A stretch of 64,000 nt of DNA, from NCBI GenBank assembly GCA_039820945.1, contig JBCBPC010000014.1, forward strand, positions 2,182-66,181, written 5' to 3'. The notes under the pieces were generated by a model. That model did not search any database. It was not told where the DNA came from and saw nothing but the letters and a program-made list of their open reading frames with translations. Numbering within the stretch: the first letter of the stretch is position 1; every line of letters begins with the position of its first letter. The DNA is from Planctomycetota bacterium (GTDB lineage Bacteria; Planctomycetota; Planctomycetia; Pirellulales; Lacipirellulaceae). Made by a program: the position numbers and the translations under genes. Of this stretch, positions 48,301 through 56,915 are shown piece by piece.

Positions 48301-48920
48301 AGGTCGTCGATGCTCACACGGGTCGGCGCGGCCAGGTCGCTCCACGGGGCCACGATCCGCGCGGCCGACACAAAGAGGTTCTTGGGCGAGGCGATCGTGT
48401 ACACGCCCAAAGCGAGCAGGATCGCCAGCAACACGTAGCCGAGCCGCACCAGCTCGGCCCGATCGAGCGGCGTGTCTCCCGCGGCGGCGAGCCGTTGGGC
48501 GGCCTGCCGTTCGAGAGTGGCCCGCACCGCGGCCGGCGCCTCGCGCAGTTGCAGCAGGTTCAGCACGCTGTTCTTGAGGGTCGGCGCCTCGCGTTCGATC
48601 TGGCTCGCCGCGTAAAGCGGATTGACCCGCCGCACGACCAGCGGTCCCAACCGACGGACCGCGTAGGCGACGAGGCCGACCAGCCCGATCGTCCACAGCC
48701 CCCAGCGCTCGGCCCGCCGCAGACCGCTCGGCGTGACCCAGTGTTCCAGCAAAGCGGCGACGGCCAGGAACACCAACGCGCCCAGCAGCAGCTTGGCGAG
48801 CGCGGTCGCGATGTCGCCGGCCAGCACGTCGCGGCTGGCCTGCCGGACGCGCTGCTCGACAACCCGGGCGTTGTCGGAAGCGGGCGGCGCAGCGGACGGG
48901 GCAGGGGGGGCGGCGGGCAT
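45348..48920 (-). CDS. large membrane-anchored protein with a low-complexity acidic Gly/Asp/Gln/Pro-rich region of about 540 aa (possibly DUF4175-like)
   Basis: TM helices near the N-terminus (LLLGALVFLAVAALLEHW, WGLWTIGLVGLVAYAV, YVLLAILLALGVYTIA), an ordered middle part and a huge biased segment. ATG 48920; the ORF is open to 49040. Confidence 0.65.
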   Translation of the reverse strand: MPAAPPAPSAAPPASDNARVVEQRVRQASRDVLAGDIATALAKLLLGALVFLAVAALLEHWVTPSGLRRAERWGLWTIGLVGLVAYAVRRLGPLVVRRVNPLYAASQIEREAPTLKNSVLNLLQLREAPAAVRATLERQAAQRLAAAGDTPLDRAELVRLGYVLLAILLALGVYTIASPKNLFVSAARIVAPWSDLAAPTRVSIDDLTPGNLEVSQGETVEITARVLGLETDEPVELVYTTGDGRLRDERLTMRAGESGVRFSARLPAGSSAEALLGLQSDVTYRLEAGDARTEAFELRVAAAPTIAPVAIQYDYPAYTGYLDTTIDGGGDIRAIEGTRVTVRAEANLPIDAAQIDRGADGTPDVRMQVDGPTATGGWTLKRSSDAMRETSSYVLRFSAIDGQANADPPVYRVETIADLRPEVRLIAPESPRLTVGMDAPVEFRVSARDPDFALSKLRLLGDVGGRSRVWEDLLEANSEGPVERTLVRTPRELGLRPGDVLDYRFVAADNRTPQANVVESPTKQLVVADEDPRPEGGQPDPGADGRPDDAGQQQQGDNESPANDRGDGESDQGDAGGKPNAPSGQPEPGQRQPEPSQSGAGEQSEPQTTRPSENDEEEPSEEGGDSQGQPGGMQGPGGNGEDGENEQPGGAGQSSDQSSDGSQNGPPSQGGSQGSQGGDSQAEPGQQRPDGSSGSRSNDRGGDNAGGPSELGEDESGGGEPGGGEPGDGAGSESPVARDGGDDAEAFERIREHLDQQQASEGSDNGGDGQPRDGQPSDDPSGADPGAGDRQEGGRPDNQPGGADQGMNPRDGTPESPERDGGAAADGEGRRGERSDSATSDRGGDTTSGRPTDPSAGPREGTGEAGENQAADRGTGQSADRGAGETSGQPGRQQTADGKTGESSGDTPGEGSASRDGNDATGDGAGDSAGDANSEAAGDSANQRPAGEGQADRKGPPEREGQPAREGQPGKPTDGSNQRGDGEPGDSSRNGEQGAADGQRGDGQPTGQSTGDRPAGEAQRGEWQERTETGDPSDSQQPSSEQAGGSENNGRPQRDATGSDAEDGDEANLDYARQQTELTLDKLADQLANGEADRELLDKLGWSEQDLRRFVDRWRGRQRRAARSQDGAAELDSALRSLGLRPDGPTAGPAARDDTLRDLREGVRTPAPPALRERLRYYNRGVGAATGSDD

Positions 48921-49050
48921 CGATCGTGGCGGGAGTGACGCGGTCCGGTCGTGAAGGTCGGGATGGCGGAAAACGCCTCCGACGAGTTCAGTATACGGGC
49001 GCGGCCACGCAGCGGCCGCCCTCCGCAGTCCCCAACGCACGAGCGATCGC

Positions 49051-50148
49051 TTGCGGGCGTCCGATTTTTACGACTTGGTGAGCGGCAGGCGCCGCGGCGC
49101 GGCGGCGTTGCTCACGCGGCTCGGCCTGCTTGCGGCCGAGGGGCCTTACCGCGCGGGGGTCTGGTGGCGGAACCGGTTTTACGACACCCGTCCGCAACTC
49201 ACGCACGCGGCGCCGGCGCCCGTGGTGAGCGTCGGCAACCTGACGCTCGGCGGCACCGGCAAGACGCCGATGGTCCGCTGGGTCGCCCAGCGGCTGCGGG
49301 AGCACGGCGTGCGGGTTGCGTTGGTCAGCCGCGGCTACGGCGCCGACGACGGCGGGCCGAACGACGAGGCGCTGGAGCTCGAGCAGAGCCTGCCCGACGT
49401 TCCGCACCTGCAGAACCCAGACCGCGTCTCGGCGGCCACCGCGGCGGTCGAGGAACTCGCCGCGGAGGCGATCGTGCTGGACGACGGCTTCCAGCACCGC
49501 CGGCTGGTGCGTGACTTAGACATCGTGCTCGTCGACGCCACATGCCCGTTCGGCTTTGGGCACGTGTTCCCGCGCGGCACGCTGCGTGAGCCCTTCGCCA
49601 ATGTGCGCCGGGCAGACGTGGTGTGCTTGACCCGGTCCGACCAGGTTGAGCGGCCGACATGCGACAACGTGCGAGAGCGTGTCGCCCGGCACGCGCCCGA
49701 CGCGGTGTGGTGCGAGTCGATCACCCGTCCCGCACGGCTGATCGAGGCGCTCGCCGGCGCCGGGCCGTACGACGAGGCGGCGTGTGACGTCGGCCCGGCG
49801 GCCGACCTGAGCGGACGGCGAGTCGTGGCGGTGAGCGCCATCGGCAACCCGGCGGCATTCCGGCGGACCGTCGAGTCGCTCGGCGCCCGGGTGGTCGAGG
49901 CCGTCGAGTACCCGGACCATCACCGCTACACGCGGGACGACATCGATCGGCTGTCGGCCGTGGCGCGCAGCGCGTCGGCGGAAACGCTCGTCTGCACGCA
50001 CAAGGACCTCGTGAAGATCGGCGTGCCGGCCGTCGGCGACACGCCGGTGCGGGCGGTGACGATCGAGGTGGCGTTCACCGTGGGAGAGGACGCGCTGCGC
50101 GAGCGGCTATCGCGGGTCGCGTGCGTCGCATTGGCGAATCCCGAGTGA
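49051..50148 (+). CDS. lpxK: tetraacyldisaccharide 4'-kinase
   Basis: VVSVGNLTLGGTGKTPMVRWVAQRL, VSRGYG, LDDGFQH. TTG start. Confidence 0.85.
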   Translation: MRASDFYDLVSGRRRGAAALLTRLGLLAAEGPYRAGVWWRNRFYDTRPQLTHAAPAPVVSVGNLTLGGTGKTPMVRWVAQRLREHGVRVALVSRGYGADDGGPNDEALELEQSLPDVPHLQNPDRVSAATAAVEELAAEAIVLDDGFQHRRLVRDLDIVLVDATCPFGFGHVFPRGTLREPFANVRRADVVCLTRSDQVERPTCDNVRERVARHAPDAVWCESITRPARLIEALAGAGPYDEAACDVGPAADLSGRRVVAVSAIGNPAAFRRTVESLGARVVEAVEYPDHHRYTRDDIDRLSAVARSASAETLVCTHKDLVKIGVPAVGDTPVRAVTIEVAFTVGEDALRERLSRVACVALANPE

Positions 50149-50254
50149 CGCAACTCCAGTGATGCGACGCTTAGAACGCGGCTCGACGCGTAGGAAGGCT
50201 CGGGCTGTATCAAACGGACACTGTCGAGCGGCCAGCGTTGAGCGGGCAACGCTT

Positions 50255-50962
50255 CTACGGCGCGGGCGGCTTGAGAACGCCCGACGAGTCGAGATACGCG
50301 TCGAGATACGCGATCACTTCTTCGGCGAGCGACTTCACGTCGCGGTCGCCGGCGGCGAGCGTTAGCTCCGCGTGCTCGGGGGCCTCGTACGGGTCGCTGA
50401 TGCCGGTGAAGTGCTTGATCTCCCCCGCGCGGGCCTTCTTGTAGAGGCCCTTCGGGTCGCGGGCTTCGCACACCTCCAGCGGCGTGTCGACGAACACCTC
50501 GACGAAGTCGCCGCCGCCGTGGGCGTCATCGCCGATGCCTCCGCCTACGGTCGCCCGCACCGCGTCGCGGTCGGCCCGGTAGGGACTCACGAAGGCGGTG
50601 AGCACCACCACGCCGGCGTCGGCCAGCAGCTTGGTCACCTCGCCGATGCGGCGGATGTTCTCCACCCGGTCTTCGGGCGCAAACCCCAGACCGAACCGCT
50701 CGCCGAACGCCTCGCCGTGCTTCTCGGCGAGCAACTGCGGCGTGGCGTTCAGCCCGTGGCGGACGTTGTCGCCGTCGAGCACGTACGTCCGCACCCCGCG
50801 GGCGTGAAGCAGGGCGTCGACGGCGTTGGCGACCGTGCTCTTGCCCGAGCCGCTGAGCCCCGTGAACCAAACCACCGCTCCCCGGTGCCCGCCGAGCGAT
50901 TCACGCTCCGCCCGAGTAATGGCCTGCTCGTGCCAGACGACGATGGGTTCTTCGTTGGGCAC
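50255..50962 (-). CDS. cysC: adenylyl-sulfate kinase
   Basis: [40 protein letters not shown] start. Confidence 0.9.
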   Translation of the reverse strand: MPNEEPIVVWHEQAITRAERESLGGHRGAVVWFTGLSGSGKSTVANAVDALLHARGVRTYVLDGDNVRHGLNATPQLLAEKHGEAFGERFGLGFAPEDRVENIRRIGEVTKLLADAGVVVLTAFVSPYRADRDAVRATVGGGIGDDAHGGGDFVEVFVDTPLEVCEARDPKGLYKKARAGEIKHFTGISDPYEAPEHAELTLAAGDRDVKSLAEEVIAYLDAYLDSSGVLKPPAP

Positions 50963-50980
50963 TTTTAGTCGTTTCCAGTA

Positions 50981-51133
50981 AGGGGATGAGGGGATGTTGG
51001 TGATAGGGGGGATAAAAAGCGTAATGACGACCTCGAATCGATCACTCTACGCTCGCGCCCGGTACGGCAGGCTTGGTGATACCGCGCTACGCTTGCGATC
51101 TCCCATGTCGCCAGCATCTCCTCATCTCCCCCA
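50981..51133 (-). promoter_or_regulatory. intercistronic purine-arm/pyrimidine-arm structured element (copy Z)
   Basis: G-rich arm 50981-51012 (aggggatgaggggatgttggtgatagggggga). C-rich arm 51098-51133 (gatctcccatgtcgccagcatctcctcatctcccccac). It lies between the acyl-CoA dehydrogenase stop and the cysC start. Confidence 0.35.
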
Positions 51134-51161
51134 CTCACAAGACCTGTCGACTCGCGATCGT

Positions 51162-52253
51162 TCAATCAGAGATGCCGGCAAGCTCGCACAGGTTGGCGTT
51201 CTGCACCGGCTGGGGGCAGCTCCACACGAGGAAGAACAACGCTTCACGGCAGAGCCGGCCGGCGAGCGCGTCGCTCAGGTAGCCGGCGCCCTTGGTCGCC
51301 GTGAGCGCGGCTTGGCTACACCGCAGCACGTGGCTGTTGGCCCGCTGGCGGAGCGACTCGCTGCTGCACGCCGGCTCGCCCCGGGCCGCGGCCAGCAGGT
51401 CGTTCTCCAGCTCCGCGTGCTCGGCGGACAACGCGGCGTGCGCGTCGTGCAGGTCGGGCCGGCGGTCCGCTTCGGTGGCAAGCAGGTCGAGGCTGGCAGA
51501 CGCGGCCCCGATCGCCAGGGTCGACGTCTGTGGCCCGCCGGTCGTGCCGCCCGTGCCCTGGGTCATCACCTTCTCGATCGGCCCGGCGACGACGTCCGCC
51601 CGCGGCGCCGTGTAGCCGTCGAGCTTCAGCGCGCCGGTCTTGCTGGCGGAGAGGGCGACCATGTCGAACGCCGGCGGCGCGGTGACGGTGTCTTGCGAGG
51701 TGTCGACCGCGACAAGCAACTCGCCTTCGGTCGGGCGGCCGTCGTCCGTGAGCACCGCGCCGACGACCACGTAGTCCGCCGCCTCGGCGCCGGTCACCCA
51801 CGGGGCGTAGCCGTCGAGCCGGTACCCCGCTTCGGTCGACTCGGCGGTGAGCACCGGCCGCGCTAGGTGGCGGCGGCTGGTAGAGAGGTGGGAGATGCCC
51901 ACCGTGGTGGCCGTCTCCCCCGCGAGCATGGCGCGCAGCAGCCGTTGCTTGAGCTCGTCGTTCGCCGAGCCGGCGATCCGCCTCATGGCGCCGACGCGTT
52001 GTGTGATCACGAACGTGGTCGTCAGGCACGCCTGCGAGAGCTGCAGGTAGCCGCGGGTGATGTCGGCGTCGGCCCAACCCTGGCCGCCGTGCTCGCGCGG
52101 GACGAACCACTCGAAGACGCCCGCCTCGCCACAAAGCCGCAGCTGCTCCGCCGGCCACTGCCCTGCGCGATCAACGTTCGCCGCACGCTCGGCGAGCGCC
52201 TTGCCCAAAGCACGAAGAGCGGGGTCGTCCGGCGAGGTGACGCGTGTTGCCAT
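51162..52253 (-). CDS. acyl-CoA dehydrogenase family protein
   Basis: Length and layout fit the ACAD fold. FV.REHGGQGW and ...QRVGAMR segments. Family-level call only. Confidence 0.65.
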   Translation of the reverse strand: MATRVTSPDDPALRALGKALAERAANVDRAGQWPAEQLRLCGEAGVFEWFVPREHGGQGWADADITRGYLQLSQACLTTTFVITQRVGAMRRIAGSANDELKQRLLRAMLAGETATTVGISHLSTSRRHLARPVLTAESTEAGYRLDGYAPWVTGAEAADYVVVGAVLTDDGRPTEGELLVAVDTSQDTVTAPPAFDMVALSASKTGALKLDGYTAPRADVVAGPIEKVMTQGTGGTTGGPQTSTLAIGAASASLDLLATEADRRPDLHDAHAALSAEHAELENDLLAAARGEPACSSESLRQRANSHVLRCSQAALTATKGAGYLSDALAGRLCREALFFLVWSCPQPVQNANLCELAGISD

Positions 52254-52286
52254 TCCCGTGTGGATGTTTCTCGACGAAGAAAGCTG

Positions 52287-52354
52287 GACAGGATCAACAG
52301 GATGAACTAGGTGGGGCTTGTCACCGCCATCCTGCTCATCCCGTTGATCTTGTC
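52287..52354. repeat. REP-like hairpin element, family B, copy 2
   Basis: gacaggatcaacaggatga (52287-52305) pairs with tcatcccgttgatcttgtc (52336-52354), 17/19 complementary. It lies just downstream of the glgP stop. Confidence 0.65.
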
Positions 52355-52384
52355 AAAAACCGGCCGGGGTAGGCGGCGCCGTCC

Positions 52385-54580
52385 TTAGCGCATCTCGGCG
52401 CTCACGCCGCCCGCGGCGGGCAGGTAGCAGAGCTTCACGTAGTCCTGCACCATGCGGTGGGCGCTGAACTGCGCCGCGAGGGTCGCGATCGAGTCGACCA
52501 TCATGTCGATCCAGCGGTGGGGCAGGCCGTCCGCGTCGCGGTCGTAGTAGCACGGGATCACCTGGTCGCGGAGCGTCTCGAAGAGCAGCTCGCCGTCGCG
52601 CTCGTCGGTGATCTCGTCGTCCACGTGCTGCGTGCCGTTGCCGATCGCGAAGCCGTTCTTGCCGTTGAACGCCTCGGCCCACCAGCCGTCCAGGATCGAG
52701 CAGTTCAGGCCGCCGTTCAGCACGACCTTCATGCCGCTGGTGCCGGACGCCTCGAGCGGGCGTCGCGGGTTGTTGAGCCAGACGTCGACCCCCTGGATCA
52801 TGTGTCGCGTGACGTTCATGTCGTAGTCCTCGACGAACACCACCCGACCGGCGAACCGCGGGTCGTCTCGCAGGTTGGCGATCCGTTGGATCAGCTTCTT
52901 GCCCGGCTTGTCGGCCGGGTGCGCCTTGCCGGCGAAGACGAACTGCACCGGGCGGCCGGCGTCGTTGATCAGCTCGGCCAGCTCGTCCATGCGTTGCAGG
53001 AACAGGTCGGCCCGCTTGTAGGTGGCGAACCGGCGGGCGAAGCCGATGGTCAGCGCACCGGGGTCGAGCGACGTGCGGGCGGCCTCCACGTGGGCCTCGT
53101 CCTCGCTGCGGCGGCGGCACTGCCGGCTGAGCCGCCGGCGGACGAAGTCGAGGCAGCGGCTCTTGAGCGCGTGGTGCGTCTCCCAGAGTTCGCCCTTGTC
53201 CACGTCGTAGATCTTCTGCCACTGGTCCGGGTCGTACATGCGGCTGGCCCACTTCACGCCCAGGTAACGGTCGTAGAGCTGCCGCATGGGCATCGCGAGC
53301 CAAGTCGGCACGTGCACGCCATTGGTGATGTGGCCGATGGGCACCTCTTCCTCCACACGCCACGGCCACAGGTTGGCCCACATGCGGCGAGAGATGTGGC
53401 CGTGCAACGAACTCACGGCATTGGCGTGCCGCGAGAGCTTCAGACCGATCACGGTCATGCAGAACGACTCTTCGTTGTTCTGCGGCTCGACGCGGCCCAG
53501 GCCCATGAGCTGCTCGTGCGAGATGCCGAGCTTCTCGCGCATGGGGCCGAGGTGCTCTTCGATGAGCTGCGCGTCGAAGCGGTCGTGGCCGGCCGGCACG
53601 GGCGTGTGCGTGGTGAAGCACGTATGCTGGGCGACCTCACGCAGGGCGTCTTCGAATGCCAGCCCGTCGTCGTGCATCCGCTCGTGGATGACCTCCAGCG
53701 GGGCGAAGCCGCTGTGGCCTTCGTTAAGGTGGTACACGCCCGGCTCGATGCCCAACGCGCGGAGCGCCTTCACGCCGCCGACGCCCAGCACCATCTCTTG
53801 GCGGATCCGCGTGCGGGTGTCTCCACCGTACAGACGGCTGGTCAGCTCGCGGTCTTGCGGGCTGTTGCCCTCCACGTCGCAGTCGAGCAGGTAGAGCTGC
53901 ACTCGGCCGACGTCCACACGCCAGACCTTCGCCAGCAGCGTGCCGCTGTTGGTCTCCACAGCGACCGTGACCGGCAGGCCGTCGGCGCCCGTGGCGGCTT
54001 GGATCGGCAAGACATCGACGTTGGTGTCGATGTAGTCCTCTTGCTGGTAGCCGTCTCCGTCGAGGTGCTGGCGGAAGTAGCCCTGGTCGTAGAACAGGCC
54101 GATCGCCACGAGCGGGATGCCGAGACCGCTGGCGCTCTTCACGTGGTCGCCCGAAAGCACGCCCAGGCCGCCCGAGTAGATGGGCACCGACTCGTGCAGG
54201 CCGAACTCGGCCGAGAAGTAAGCCACCGGCTTGCTGCCCAGCACGCCGGCTTCGCGGGCGCCCCAGGTGTGGCGGGTGTCGGTCAGGTACTCGTTCAGCC
54301 GGCGGTGCGCCTGGTTGATGCGAGTGTACATCGCCAGCTCGCTGGCCCGCTCGGCCACCTGCTCGGGCGACATCTCCGCGAGCAGGGCCTTGGGGTTGTG
54401 GTCCAGTTGGCGCCAACGGACGGGGTCGAGCTCGCGGAACAGGTTGCCGACCTCAGGACGCCAGCACCACCACAGGTTGCCGGCGATCGCCTGCAGCTTT
54501 CCGTAGAGAGCGTCGGGGGTGATCTCGGTCCAGTTCTCGCGCTCAACGCGCGCGGGCGGCGAGAGTTCGACTTGGCTCAT
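52385..54580 (-). CDS. glgP: alpha-glucan (glycogen/maltodextrin) phosphorylase
   Basis: MSQVELSPPARV...NLWWCWRPE...ELDPVRW, AYFSAEFGLHESVPIYSGGLGVLSGDH, EASGTSGMKVVLNGGLN. The 985-aa ORF extension upstream of ATG 54580 is non-coding-like. Confidence 0.9.
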   Translation of the reverse strand: MSQVELSPPARVERENWTEITPDALYGKLQAIAGNLWWCWRPEVGNLFRELDPVRWRQLDHNPKALLAEMSPEQVAERASELAMYTRINQAHRRLNEYLTDTRHTWGAREAGVLGSKPVAYFSAEFGLHESVPIYSGGLGVLSGDHVKSASGLGIPLVAIGLFYDQGYFRQHLDGDGYQQEDYIDTNVDVLPIQAATGADGLPVTVAVETNSGTLLAKVWRVDVGRVQLYLLDCDVEGNSPQDRELTSRLYGGDTRTRIRQEMVLGVGGVKALRALGIEPGVYHLNEGHSGFAPLEVIHERMHDDGLAFEDALREVAQHTCFTTHTPVPAGHDRFDAQLIEEHLGPMREKLGISHEQLMGLGRVEPQNNEESFCMTVIGLKLSRHANAVSSLHGHISRRMWANLWPWRVEEEVPIGHITNGVHVPTWLAMPMRQLYDRYLGVKWASRMYDPDQWQKIYDVDKGELWETHHALKSRCLDFVRRRLSRQCRRRSEDEAHVEAARTSLDPGALTIGFARRFATYKRADLFLQRMDELAELINDAGRPVQFVFAGKAHPADKPGKKLIQRIANLRDDPRFAGRVVFVEDYDMNVTRHMIQGVDVWLNNPRRPLEASGTSGMKVVLNGGLNCSILDGWWAEAFNGKNGFAIGNGTQHVDDEITDERDGELLFETLRDQVIPCYYDRDADGLPHRWIDMMVDSIATLAAQFSAHRMVQDYVKLCYLPAAGGVSAEMR

Positions 54581-55021
54581 AACGAAGGGGATCCGTATTT
54601 GGGGAGAGGCTGCAGCCGAGATCGGCCGGCGTCGATCGCCCGTGTCGCGAGGCGGAGCGCCGGGGTCGGTTGGCTGGGGGTGAGTGATAGCCGGGGGCGG
54701 GGCCGATTCGGCGCGGTCGCCTTGAACCCGTTTTCTGAACCGACGGAGCACCTGAAGCGCATCCACGAGGCGGAAAACGAAGGATCTGGCGTGGACCGGA
54801 GTATAGCGGATGCACAGGCCTGCAATGCCAGAGGGAAAGCCCCCTCCACGGTCTGAATCGGTTGCTCTGGCCAAACGCCTAACTCGTTCGCTCGCTGGTT
54901 GATAAAGTAGGTGACGGTGGAGCAGCTGGCGTGACCGCCATCCCACTCCACCCGCCTTGCTTCCCTTACCCCCGACTCCGACGCTTTCGCAGCGGCGAGG
55001 CCCCCCGGAAACCCGCCTCCG

Positions 55022-55969
55022 ATGACGACCGCGACACTCGCTCCCCCCGGCGTAACGCCCACCGCCAATGTCGACGGCGCCCTCTCGCCGCTCGCCGAGG
55101 CGAGCATCCCCGTTCTGGACCGGGGCTTCTTGTACGGCGACTCGGTGTACGAGGTGTTCCGCACCTACGACGGCGTGCCGCTGTACTGGCGTGAGCACTT
55201 CGATCGCATGGCGAACTCCGCCCGGCTGATCCACATGCCGGTGGCCCAGTCGGTGGAGGATCTGATGGGCGAGATCCGCCGCACGGTCGCCGCCGCGCAC
55301 GACGGTCACACCGAACGGGGCGAGGTCTACGTCCGCTGGCACGTCTCACGTGGCGTGGGGCCGGTCGAGCTGTACCCCGACCCGTCGTTGCGCACCAGCT
55401 TCATGATCATGGTGAAGCCCGTGCCGAGCTGGAATCCGGACCACTACACCACAGGGCTGCGGGTCGCGGTGACCGACGTCCGCCGCAACAGCGTCGAAGC
55501 GCTCAGCCCTAACATCAAGAGCGGCAACTACCTCAACAACATCCTGGCGGTTGCCGACGCCAGCACCCGCGGCGCCGACGATTGCCTCATGCTCAACGCT
55601 CAAGGCCACGTCACCGAGTCGAGCAACAGCAACGTGTTCTTCGTGCTGGACGATCGATTGGTCACGCCGGACGACGCGTCGGGCAACCTGCGGGGCATCA
55701 CCGGCGTGGCGCTCCGCAAGCTGGGCGATGAGGGCGGCTGGCCGATCCACGAGGAGCCGGTGGCCGGCGAAGACCTGGCCCGCGTGACCGAGGCGTTCGT
55801 CACCAGCGCGACGCGCGAAGTGATGCCGATCGCCGCGATCCGGTTGGCCGACGGCGAGTGGCGCGACCTGCCGGGCGGCGGCGGGCCACTCACTCGCAAG
55901 GTCTCCGCGGCGTACACGGCGTGCGTCGCCCGCTACACGGCCGAGAACCAAGACGCCAAGCTTTGGTGA
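55022..55969 (+). CDS. class IV (branched-chain/D-amino-acid) aminotransferase family protein
   Basis: PVLDRGFLYGDSVYEVFRTYDG, NIKSGNYLNNILAVADA, EVMPI. Confidence 0.8.
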   Translation: MTTATLAPPGVTPTANVDGALSPLAEASIPVLDRGFLYGDSVYEVFRTYDGVPLYWREHFDRMANSARLIHMPVAQSVEDLMGEIRRTVAAAHDGHTERGEVYVRWHVSRGVGPVELYPDPSLRTSFMIMVKPVPSWNPDHYTTGLRVAVTDVRRNSVEALSPNIKSGNYLNNILAVADASTRGADDCLMLNAQGHVTESSNSNVFFVLDDRLVTPDDASGNLRGITGVALRKLGDEGGWPIHEEPVAGEDLARVTEAFVTSATREVMPIAAIRLADGEWRDLPGGGGPLTRKVSAAYTACVARYTAENQDAKLW

Positions 55970-56001
55970 GCCCCCGCCGCGACCCCGTCCCCGCGACCGC
56001 T

Positions 56002-56874
56002 ATGCAGCTGCCCGAAATCTACCGAACGACCGACTTCGCGCTCTCGTTCGAGCTCTTCCCGCCGAAGACGGATGCGGGCGTCGCCAAGCTCTTCGAGCAC
56101 GCGCGGCAGCTCGTGGAGTTCGAGCCGAGCTACATCACCTGCACGTACGGCGCGGGGGGCTCGACCCAAGACCGCACGCTGGAGATCGCCGCCCGGGTGC
56201 GGAGCGAATTCGACTTGCCCGTGGCGACGCACCTCACCTGCGTCGGCCGCACCGCCGACCAGATCCGTGACTACCTGCGACGAGCCGACGAGGCGGACGT
56301 GCAGAACGTCGTCGCGTTGCGCGGCGATCCGCCCGCGGGCGAGGAGAAGTTTACCGCCACCGAGGGCGGCTACTCTTACGCGAACGAACTCGTGGAGATG
56401 ATCCACACGGACTTCCCGCACATGGGTGTCGCCGTCGGCGGCTACCCGGAGGTCCACCAAGAGGCGCCCTCAGCCGAGGCCGACCTGGACAACCTGAAGC
56501 GGAAGGTCGACGCGGGCGCCCACGCCATCATCACGCAGCTGTTCTACGACAACGCGGACTTCTTCCGCTTCCGCGACCAGTGCGAAGCCGCGGGCATCGG
56601 CGTGCCGCTGATCCCCGGTCTATTGCCGGTGACCAGCGTGGCGCAGATCAAGCGGATCGCCAGCCTGTGCGGCGCGCAGCTGCCGGCCGAGTTCCTTACC
56701 CAACTAGACGCCGTGGCTGACGACGACGCGGCCCAGTTCGAAGTGGGCGTCGAACAGGCGACCGAGCAGACCCAGGGCCTCGTCGACGGTGGCGTACCGG
56801 GCATCCACTACTACGTGCTCAACAAGTCGCAGGCCGCGTCGCGGGTGCTGCAGGCCGTCACCCTGTCGGTCTGA
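56002..56874 (+). CDS. metF: methylenetetrahydrofolate reductase
   Basis: LSFELFPPKT, ITCTYGAGGST, HLTCVGRT, NVVALRGDPP, ITQLFYDN, GVPGIHYYVLN. Confidence 0.9.
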   Translation: MQLPEIYRTTDFALSFELFPPKTDAGVAKLFEHARQLVEFEPSYITCTYGAGGSTQDRTLEIAARVRSEFDLPVATHLTCVGRTADQIRDYLRRADEADVQNVVALRGDPPAGEEKFTATEGGYSYANELVEMIHTDFPHMGVAVGGYPEVHQEAPSAEADLDNLKRKVDAGAHAIITQLFYDNADFFRFRDQCEAAGIGVPLIPGLLPVTSVAQIKRIASLCGAQLPAEFLTQLDAVADDDAAQFEVGVEQATEQTQGLVDGGVPGIHYYVLNKSQAASRVLQAVTLSV

Positions 56875-56915
56875 CGCCACGCTCTCTTCGGAACCGCCCT
56901 CCTGTCGGCGCCCGC

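Noticed and set aside
52457-54856. 799-aa plus-strand ORF
   Set aside because: It is antisense to glgP, which has unmistakable phosphorylase motifs on the minus strand.
54581-55342. N-terminal extension of the glgP ORF to 985 aa
   Set aside because: The upstream 253 codons are Arg/Gly/Pro-rich and overlap the divergent aminotransferase gene. The conserved phosphorylase N-terminus starts at ATG 54580.
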